A DNA stretch of 61,303 bases from Clostridia bacterium (GTDB lineage: Bacteria > Bacillota > Clostridia > TANB77 > CAG-508): contig JAAVZA010000025.1 of assembly GCA_022791395.1 (NCBI GenBank), forward strand, positions 1-61,303, read 5' to 3'. Numbering within the stretch: position 1 is the first letter of the stretch; the number at the start of each line of letters is the position of its first letter. Both the position numbers and the translations under genes were made by a program. The notes beneath the pieces are model-generated. The model had not been told where the DNA came from. It ran no database searches and saw nothing but the letters and a program-made list of their open reading frames with translations. Of the stretch, positions 51,774 through 59,602 are shown piece by piece.

Positions 51774-52573
51774 ATGAATTTTATTTTATCGTGTATAAAA
51801 GGAATAGCAATTGGTGCTCGGTGCAATACTTCCAGGAATAAGTAGTGGAGTTTTATGTGTTATTTTTGGGATATACGAAAAATTATTAGATAGCATATTA
51901 AATTTCTTTAAAGATATTAAAGGTAATACAAAATTTTTATTTCCAATATTGATAGGTGTAGGTATAGGAATAATTATATTTGGAAATTTGTTAAGATTTT
52001 TATTTAATAACTTTACTACTCAAACTCTATTTTGTTTTATAGGCGTAATTATTGGTGGAATTCCTGCATTAATAAAAACCGCTAATGAAAAAAGTAAATT
52101 TAGATTGCATTATACAATCTATACAATATTTACATTTACATTTACTTTGTTGTTAATTTATATTGAAAATAATATCACTCCCACTCTACATAGTAGTATT
52201 AGCTTTTTATATTTAGTACTAGCCGGATTTATAATGAGTATAGGTGTAGTTGTACCTCGGTGTTAGCAGCACTGTTTTATTAATGATTATGGGGATTTAT
52301 GATATTTATCTAATATCTATATCAACTCTTGATTTTTATGTACTAATCCCCATGGGAATTGGTCTACTATTAGGTGGATATGTATTTTTAAATATTTCAA
52401 AATACTGTTTAACTAACTTTCCTGCACAAACATATTATGCAATTCTAGGTTTTGTATTAGGATCCATATTTATATTATATCCTGGTTTTTCTTTCGATTT
52501 ACAAGGTCTTATATGTATCGCTTTACTTTTAATAGGTGTTTTTATTTCTATGAAATTAGAAAAAGGCCAGTAA
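51774..52573 (+). CDS. DUF368 family membrane protein (requires +1 shifts at CGG 51819 and CGG 52258)
   Basis: The ATG at 51774 gives 'MNFILSCIKGIAIGA-G-AILPGISSG...' then '...VVVP-G-VSSTVLL...'. Both halves carry the duplicated DUF368 'PG(I/V)S' motif. Confidence 0.8.
51819..51821 (+). other. zero-frame CGG / +1 frame-break site (DUF368, first)
   Basis: 'ggt gct CGG tgc aat...tag'. Skipping the C gives GGT GCA ATA CTT CCA GGA ATA AGT. Confidence 0.85.
52258..52260 (+). other. zero-frame CGG / +1 frame-break site (DUF368, second)
   Basis: 'gta cct CGG tgt tag'. Skipping the C gives GGT GTT AGC AGC ACT GTT. Confidence 0.85.
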
Positions 52574-52606
52574 CTTTGTGGTTACTAGCCCTTTTCATAG
52601 CAATGG

Positions 52607-52864
52607 CTATTTATTGTACGGACAATCCAGTACACAGCCCTTGCAGTTATCAGGTGAAGGAAGCTGGAAAGTATTCAACTCGCATGCTTCATTTATGCCA
52701 GGAAACTTTCCATCCTTGTACGCCACCTGCGATTGGCATCTCTTCCTCTTTTTTTCCTCCCATCTGAAAGGATTGTTTTGCTGCCGCGCTTTTTTTGCTG
52801 CTCTTACTTTTTGCTTCTCTCTTTCCTTTTGTTGCCTCTGAATCTGTCTTTTCCGTCTGCTCAT
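52607..52864 (-). CDS. hypothetical 85-aa basic/Cys-rich protein in a GC-richer patch; two in-frame CGG codons
   Basis: MSRRKRQIQRQQKEREKQK...CKGCVLDCPYNK. CGG occupies codons 4 and 27. Several overlapping frames are open in the same patch, so coding status is uncertain. Confidence 0.3.
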   Translation of the reverse strand: MSRRKRQIQRQQKEREKQKVRAAKKARQQNNPFRWEEKKRKRCQSQVAYKDGKFPGINEACELNTFQLPSPDNCKGCVLDCPYNK

Positions 52865-52931
52865 AGAGTGGATCCGCCTTTCTATAAAATTTCTAACACT
52901 TTAACATTATATCACGATTTTAAAATTATGT

Positions 52932-54161
52932 CTACTTTTTTCTTCTTAAAATCCAATTTTCTTCTACCTTTATAGGTATTTTTAATTTTACAGTTTGTCC
53001 TATTTTTCCTGGATTTACAGTATTAATTTCTTCATCAGTTTCTGGATCAAACAATTTATCAATTGTAAATTTATAGTTTTCAATTTGACCAGGAATAATT
53101 ACTTCCAAAGTATCTCCTACTGTTAATTTATTTTTTATTTCAACAACAGATTTATCTTCATTGTATTCTACTACTTTTCCACCAAATTCATAGTTTGGAT
53201 TATATTGCTTACCTTCATACTCTTGAAAGTCTTTATTATTTCTATCATTAAAATAAAAAGTAGTTAGTCCTCTTGTTTTTACTTTTTCTAATTCGTTAAG
53301 ATATTTCGTGTAATCATAGTTATTTGGAGCTTTAATATAATCGTCAATTGCATTTCTATATGCATTTATGACTGTTGCTAAATAATATTCTGTTTTAAGC
53401 CTTCCTTCTATTTTTAAACTATCAACACCCATTTCTATTATTTCAGGTATTTCTTTAATTAAACATAAATCTTTAGAAGAAAATATATATGTACCTTTTT
53501 CATCATGTTCAACTGGCATTAAGTTTCCTGGATTATTGGTTTCTTCAACATATAAATTATATGCCCATCTGCAGCTTTGTGCACAATCGCCTAAATTTGC
53601 ACTTCTAGAAGCTAAAAAGTCACTTAAGAAACATCTTCCAGAATATCCAAAGCAAATTGCGCCATGAACAAACATTTCTGTTTCTAATCTCATAGGTGTA
53701 TTATCTATTATATCCTTTATTTGTGATTTATTAAGCTCACGCGCTAGTATAACACGTTTTGCACCATTGGAATGCCAGAAATTTGCTGTATGATAACTTA
53801 CAATGTTGCTTTGTGTACTTATATGTATGTCCACATCAGGAGCTTCTTCTTTTATAACATCTACAACCCCACCATCTGCTACTATAATTCCATCTACTTT
53901 TAACTCATTTAAAATTCTAGCTTGCTTTTTAACTTCATCATACATATTGTCCCAAGCATATATATTAATTGTGACGTATACTTTTTTCCCAAGTTCATGT
54001 GCATATTTAATTGTTTTTATCAAATCATCTTCTTCCATATCTGCTCTTGTTCTTAATGAAAGAGATGATGTACCTGCATATACTGCATCTGCTCCATATA
54101 AAAATGCTATTTTTGCTTTATTAAAAGAACCTGCTGGTGCTAATAATTCTGGTTTTTTCAT
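52932..54161 (-). CDS. peptidase U32 family protein
   Basis: 'KPELLAPAGS......GADAVY.G' N-terminus. 409 aa. Confidence 0.85.
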   Translation of the reverse strand: MKKPELLAPAGSFNKAKIAFLYGADAVYAGTSSLSLRTRADMEEDDLIKTIKYAHELGKKVYVTINIYAWDNMYDEVKKQARILNELKVDGIIVADGGVVDVIKEEAPDVDIHISTQSNIVSYHTANFWHSNGAKRVILARELNKSQIKDIIDNTPMRLETEMFVHGAICFGYSGRCFLSDFLASRSANLGDCAQSCRWAYNLYVEETNNPGNLMPVEHDEKGTYIFSSKDLCLIKEIPEIIEMGVDSLKIEGRLKTEYYLATVINAYRNAIDDYIKAPNNYDYTKYLNELEKVKTRGLTTFYFNDRNNKDFQEYEGKQYNPNYEFGGKVVEYNEDKSVVEIKNKLTVGDTLEVIIPGQIENYKFTIDKLFDPETDEEINTVNPGKIGQTVKLKIPIKVEENWILRRKK

Positions 54162-54229
54162 AAATTTTTACCTCTTTTTTATATTTTATAGTATTATATC
54201 ATTTTATATAAAAAAAGTGAAGTTAAAAA

Positions 54230-54756
54230 TTATTTTTTAACAATAACTCTTCCGTGGTATTCCAACAACTGTGCTATTATCTTCAACATTTTTTGTTACG
54301 ACAGCGTTAGCACCTATTTTTACATTATTTCCTATCTTTATTGGTCCCAACACTTTTGCGCCACATCCAACCATTACATTATTTCCTATATCTGGATGAC
54401 GCTTGTATTTATCTTTTCCAGTTCCACCTAGTGTTACATTATGATATATTGTACAATCATTTCCTATGCTAGCTGTTTCTCCTATTACTATACCCATTCC
54501 ATGATCTATAAATAATCTCCTTCCAATAGTAGCTCCGTGGATGAATTTCTATTCCTGTAAAAAATCTTGCAATTTGTGAAACTAATCTTGCTAAAAAAAA
54601 TAATTTGTGTCTATATAAAAAATGTCCTATTCTGTGAAAAACTAATATATGAAAACCTTGATATAGCAATATTACATACCATATATTCTTGGCAGCAGGA
54701 TCTTTTTTTTCAATATTTTGTGCATCTTCATATAATTCTTTTAATAATTTTTTCAT
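54230..54756 (-). CDS. cysE: serine O-acetyltransferase (requires +1 shifts at CGG 54537-54535 and 54254-54252)
   Basis: '[29 protein letters not shown]' hexapeptide repeats. The C-terminus reads 'VVGIP-G-RVIVKK*' after the second shift. Confidence 0.85.
54252..54254 (-). other. zero-frame CGG / +1 frame-break site (cysE, C-terminal)
   Basis: Sense strand 'ata cca CGG aag agt tat tgt taa'. Skipping the C gives GGA AGA GTT ATT GTT AAA AAA TAA, matching the usual 'VP-G-R-(I/V)' CysE ending. Confidence 0.65.
54535..54537 (-). other. zero-frame CGG / +1 frame-break site (cysE, internal)
   Basis: Sense strand 'cat cca CGG agc tac'. Skipping the C gives GGA GCT ACT ATT GGA AGG (G-A-T-I-G-R). Confidence 0.9.
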
Positions 54757-54938
54757 TTTATCTTTCCCCCCAACTGCATATTTCTAAAAATTTATTAATA
54801 TCAAATCTTCTTATACATATTATGAAAAAGTATATAATTTGTGATTTTATATACTTTTTAGATGGATATCTTTTGTTGCAATTTCTAAAAAGCTGCATAT
54901 ACTAAAGTATAAATTTAATATTGGAGTTGATTTATTAT

Positions 54939-56787
54939 ATGTGTGGTTTAGTTCGGTTTTGTAAATTTAAAACACGATATATCTAATGAAAAAGATATTA
55001 TTTATAATATGACAAAAGCACTTTCAAAACGTGGCCCTGATGAAGAAAATTTTTATATTAATAAACATATAAATTTAGGACATCGTAGATTAACTATTTT
55101 AGATGCTGAAAATGGTCATCAACCTATGAGTGTAACCTATAATGAAAATACGTATACAATTGTATACAATGGTCAGTTATATAATGCAAATGATATTAGA
55201 AAAGAGCTTATAGAAGCAGGATTTGATTTTAAGGGCTATTGCGATACAGAAGTAATATTAAAGGCATTTATCTATTTTGGTAATAATATTGTTAAGCGTT
55301 TTAATGGTATTTTTAGTTTTGCTATTTGGAATGAAAACAAACAAGAATTATTTTTAGCAAGAGATCATTTTGGTATAAAACCTTTATATTATACTATTGT
55401 AGATGATAACTTGATTTTTGCCTCTGAAGTTAAAGCAATAATTAAACATCCTTCAGTGGAATTAAAAATAGACAAACAAGGTATTGGTGAACTATTAGGT
55501 ATAGGTCCCGCACACACACCTGGCACAAGTGTATTTAAAAATATCTTTGAAATAAAACCTGCTCATTTTGCTATATATAATAAATCCGGATTACACCTAG
55601 AAGAATATTGGAAATTAGAAAGTAAACCTCATACAGATGATTTTGAAACAACTTGTAAAACTGTACATTACCTATTAGAAGATGCAATAAAAAGGCAGCT
55701 TGTATCTGATGTGCCTCTTTGTGCTATGCTCTCTGGTGGTCTTGATTCTAGTATTATCACTGCTTACATTTCAAATTACTATAGAGAAAATAATTTGCCA
55801 AAACTGGATACTTATTCAGTAGACTATGTTGATAATGATAAAAACTTTGTAAAGAGCGATTTTCAACCAAACTCTGATAATTATTACATTGATGTAATGT
55901 TAAAACATTTTGATACAAATCACCGTAGAATTGTAATTGATACGCCAGAACTTGCTATGGCACTAGAAGACGCAATGCTTGCAAGAGATTTTCCAGGAAT
56001 GGCTGATGTTGATTCTTCTATGTTATTATTCTGTAAAAATATAAAACAAGGCGCAACTGTTGCAGTATCAGGAGAATGCTCTGATGAAATATTTGCAGGA
56101 TATCCTTGGTTCTTCCGCGAAGATGCACTAAAAAGTAATACTTTTCCTTGGTCTATTGCACTAGATGAAAGACAGAATTTATTAAATAAGGATATTGCTA
56201 AAAAAATTAATTTAAAAGAATATATTGATTATAGATATAAAGAAAGTTTATCTAATGTAGAAATATTAGATTGTGATTCTAAAGAAACTGCAGAAAAAAG
56301 AAAAATATCATATCTTACTTTAAATTGGTTTATGCAGACATTATTAGATAGATCAGATAGAATGAGTATGTATAATGGATTAGAGTTAAGAGTTCCTTTC
56401 TGTGATTACAGATTGGTTGAATATATGTGGAATGTTCCTTGGGAAATAAAAGCATTAAATGGTAGAGAAAAAGGATTACTTCGTTATGTTGTACGTGATT
56501 TATTACCAGATGAAATTGTAAATAGAAAGAAAAGTCCTTATCCAAAGACTCATAATCCAACCTATTTAAAAGTTGTAAAAGAAATGCTTACAGGTATTAT
56601 GCAAAATCCAAATGCACCTATCAATGATTTACTTGATAAAGAATATATTTTAGAAATTTTAGAAACAAATGGAAATGCTTTTACAAGGCCTTGGTTTGGG
56701 CAACTAATGACAGGGCCACAGCTTATGGCATATTTATGCCAAGTAAATATGTGGCTTGAGAAGTATCAGCCTAAAATTGAAATGTAA
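54939..56787 (+). CDS. asnB: asparagine synthase (glutamine-hydrolysing); requires +1 shift at CGG 54954
   Basis: The ATG at 54939 gives 'MCGLV-G-FVNLKHD...', the obligatory N-terminal Cys2 of Ntn amidotransferases. It joins track ORF 55009..56787. 'SGGLDSS' PP-loop. Confidence 0.9.
54954..54956 (+). other. zero-frame CGG / +1 frame-break site (asnB)
   Basis: 'tta gtt CGG ttt tgt aaa...taa'. Skipping the C gives GGT TTT GTA AAT TTA AAA CAC GAT. Confidence 0.88.
56708..56787 (+). repeat. asnB 3'-end copy 1 (in-gene)
   Basis: The first 55 nt are identical to 58226-58280. The last 25 nt diverge: it encodes ...KYQPKIEM*, whereas copy 2 encodes ...KYQPKLEL*. Confidence 0.85.
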
Positions 56788-56794
56788 TATGGGC

Positions 56795-56821
56795 AAAGCG
56801 GTCGCAACTAGCGACCGCTTT
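56795..56821. terminator. GC-rich bidirectional hairpin
   Basis: AAAGCGGTCGC-AACTA-GCGACCGCTTT, an 11-bp perfect stem. Confidence 0.8.
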
Positions 56822-56834
56822 TGGCTTATTACTT

Positions 56835-57020
56835 CTACTTTTTCTCTTCTTTCTCTCGTTCAGCAATTGTAATTTTACCATCTCTGTCACAATCATACTT
56901 AAACATTTCCATTAACGTACTTTGTGAACGCCCCCAAAGAAGCTCTTTGGTGTCACCACATACGTTTTTCTTATAGAATGCTCCGTGAATAATACCTTTA
57001 CACTGTGTTGTTTTTTTCAT
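56835..57020 (-). CDS. hypothetical 61-aa protein, compositionally atypical
   Basis: GGAGG RBS ('ggcaggaggtaaaaatg' on the - strand). GC-richer than the adjacent ORF6N gene. Confidence 0.4.
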   Translation of the reverse strand: MKKTTQCKGIIHGAFYKKNVCGDTKELLWGRSQSTLMEMFKYDCDRDGKITIAEREKEEKK

Positions 57021-57151
57021 TTTTACCTCCTGCCATTTCGGCTTATGCTTGTTAATAGTTTCATATATATGAACTTATCTCTATGTTGCTAAGATAAGAG
57101 GTTTTTCTACTAAAATTATATTTACTATATTAACATAATTTTACTATCATT

Positions 57152-58090
57152 TCAACTAATATTGCTCATTTTCTCTACATATTCCATATCTTCTATTTTA
57201 GAAATCGCAAAGCATTTCTTTCCTAAATCTTTTAAAGATGCACCACAGTGATATAATTCTTTATTATCAATTATAATAAATCTATCGTGAAATTTGTTTG
57301 TATATGAAATTTTTAAACTTGGATATTGTTTATTGAATTTTGAGATATCTAATTTATTAAGATTACAATTTTGTGATGTTAAAATAATGACCTCTACATT
57401 TTTATTTTTCTTTGATAGCATTTTTAAAATACTATCATCTATATAATTATCTATGATTAAAATTTTAGTTTTTGCACTTTTCATGATGTCTATTATTAAA
57501 CTATAAGCATCATAAATCTGCCCATTAAAGAAAATCTTTTGCTTAAATTCATTTTCTTTATCTTTTTGCAATTCATCAAATACTGCATCAAATTTCTTAT
57601 CGTGTTCTAATAACTTTGTTTTCATACTATTTATCTCTTGAAACATAAAAGCATTATCTATAATAAACTTTCTCATTTCAATAAAAGCTTTCATTATATT
57701 TATACTAACGTCAATTGCTAAGTCACTTTTTAGTAATACAGAAAGCATTGCAATTCCTTGTTCTGTAAAAACATATGGCATATATCTTCTACCGCCATAG
57801 TTTTGTTTTTCAAAACTTGAGGTGACAAATTGGCACCTCAAGTTTTGAAATTCGTTTTCGTTTAACTGAAAGCAAAACTCTTCTGGAAACCTTGCTATAT
57901 TTCTTTTTACTACACGATTTACATATTTAGTTTCGCAATGATATAGCCTTGCCACATCACTATCTAGCATTACTTGTTTTCCTCTTATTGTATAAATTAA
58001 ATTTTTAATATTTTCTATTTCATATGTTACTACATTTAATTTTTCATTTACCAGCGCAATATTACTATTTTCTTTTTCCATTAATATCAC
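57152..58090 (-). CDS. ORF6N (KilA-N-like) DNA-binding domain protein
   Basis: 'IRGKQVMLDSDVARLYHCETKYVNRVVKRNIARFPEEFCFQL' is the ORF6N signature. The C-terminal half ('FHDRFIIIDNKELYHCGASLKDLGKK') is an uncharacterised module. Confidence 0.75.
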   Translation of the reverse strand: MILMEKENSNIALVNEKLNVVTYEIENIKNLIYTIRGKQVMLDSDVARLYHCETKYVNRVVKRNIARFPEEFCFQLNENEFQNLRCQFVTSSFEKQNYGGRRYMPYVFTEQGIAMLSVLLKSDLAIDVSINIMKAFIEMRKFIIDNAFMFQEINSMKTKLLEHDKKFDAVFDELQKDKENEFKQKIFFNGQIYDAYSLIIDIMKSAKTKILIIDNYIDDSILKMLSKKNKNVEVIILTSQNCNLNKLDISKFNKQYPSLKISYTNKFHDRFIIIDNKELYHCGASLKDLGKKCFAISKIEDMEYVEKMSNIS

Positions 58091-58225
58091 ATCCTATTTT
58101 AGATTTGATATTATTTTAAAACATTTGTTCTTATTTGTCAAGTAATCTTTACATCTTATTTAACTTGTTTCGTATTTTCTTACATACTCTAAGAATATCT
58201 CTTCGTGTTGTTTTCTGACACCCAC

Positions 58226-58305
58226 TGACAGGGCCACAGCTTATGGCATATTTATGCCAAGTAAATATGTGGCTTGAGAAATATCAACCAAAACTTGAAT
58301 TGTAG
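58226..58305 (+). repeat. asnB 3'-end copy 2 (orphan fragment with its own terminator)
   Basis: Duplicate of 56708-56787. It is followed by a hairpin and T-run at 58307-58341. Confidence 0.85.
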
Positions 58306-58341
58306 TCAAAAAAAGAGGTTCAGCATGAGCCTCTTTTTTTC

Positions 58342-58962
58342 TTATATAGTTTTTTCTTTATCTTCATTTTCTTGTGCTAATATTCTTAATTTCTTTTCCA
58401 TAATAACTGATGGTGCCTTATCTTTAGTATTAGGATTTATATAATTTGTTTTGACATATCCTCTGTTAGTATAAAAATTAATAGCATTAGTATTTTGCAT
58501 TTTTACCCAGATACTACTTTCACTATATCCTAATCGTCTTAGTCTGTTTTCCGCAAAAGCAATAGCTTGACTCCCTATTCCTTGAGATTGAAAATCCCTT
58601 CTTATATGTAAAGATTTAATTTCTCCAACATCATCTACATCATCTTTATAATAGTTGTGACCATCAGAATAATACTTAATTGGTTTTCCAATTTTTAAAA
58701 TACCAACAGCTTCACTATTAATTTTCAACATATAAAGTTCTGTAGATGAATTTTCTATACTCAAATCTTGTAAAAAGTTTGATTGTAATTGTTTAATATT
58801 GTAATTATCATCCATATATTCAGATGATATATATCCACTATATGTGTCTTTTAGTGAATTATACAATATATTAACCCAATCTTGTAAATCTTGTATATTA
58901 GCTCTTGTAATATTAATTTGTTGAATCTTTTTTATAAAACTATATTTCATATCTTTCCTCAT
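58342..58962 (-). CDS. GNAT family N-acetyltransferase
   Basis: 'RRDFQSQGIGSQAIAFAENRLRRLGY' acetyl-CoA-binding motif. Confidence 0.75.
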   Translation of the reverse strand: MRKDMKYSFIKKIQQINITRANIQDLQDWVNILYNSLKDTYSGYISSEYMDDNYNIKQLQSNFLQDLSIENSSTELYMLKINSEAVGILKIGKPIKYYSDGHNYYKDDVDDVGEIKSLHIRRDFQSQGIGSQAIAFAENRLRRLGYSESSIWVKMQNTNAINFYTNRGYVKTNYINPNTKDKAPSVIMEKKLRILAQENEDKEKTI

Positions 58963-59231
58963 TTCTTTTTATATATTAACATAATTCAAGATGCTTGTCA
59001 ATCATTCAAAATATGTCTATTACTTATTATAAGCTTTCGTATTTCTATAAAAACTCTCATTATATTTATAGTAACTTATATTAAAATTTTATTTTTTAGA
59101 ATTTCTGCTAACATAGCATTTTTTACTTTATGATATAAAAAATTATTTTGTTAAAATAGGTCTAATGTGATATAATATATTATATGATTATTTCATACTA
59201 TTAACAGGCACTCTTAGAAAGGAGCTTCATT

Positions 59232-59468
59232 ATGAGCAAAATAGCACTGTCATTAAACAGCAACAGAACTCCTATTGGATTGGGGATGGAGACTGAAGTA
59301 GCAAAGGAAATTGTTGCATTTATCGACAATTTTAGAAAGAGCAACGGCGACGCTACTGAAAGTGCCATCGGCAAAGCTATACTTGATCAATTTGCCACTG
59401 CTCCCATGGTTGCTAATTATGTGGCTTTTTACAAATTGGTAACCGAGAAGATCAAAGAATTAGAGTAA
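59232..59468 (+). CDS. hypothetical 78-aa protein, compositionally atypical
   Basis: AAAGGAG RBS, extended -10 TGTGATATAAT upstream, two hairpins downstream (59473-59495 and 59494-59530). GC-richer codons. Confidence 0.45.
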   Translation: MSKIALSLNSNRTPIGLGMETEVAKEIVAFIDNFRKSNGDATESAIGKAILDQFATAPMVANYVAFYKLVTEKIKELE

Positions 59469-59602
59469 CCTTTTACACAAGATGTTTTTGTGTAACCAAA
59501 ATGCAGGCTTAACAGCTTGCATTTTGGGTTTACATCTATTATTTGTAACAAATCCCATTCTTCCTTCATATTATATACAAAAATATGAAGGGAGTTTATT
59601 TT

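Noticed and set aside
52513-52975. Three overlapping + strand ORFs (52513..52767, 52578..52841, 52733..52975).
   Set aside because: They overlap each other, lack RBSs, give proline/leucine/phenylalanine-rich nonsense-like translations, and run across a terminator hairpin. They are open only because this patch is GC-richer.
53803-54240. 145-aa ORF antisense to the U32 peptidase gene.
   Set aside because: It is an antisense shadow of a conserved gene with a Ser/Phe-rich low-complexity translation.
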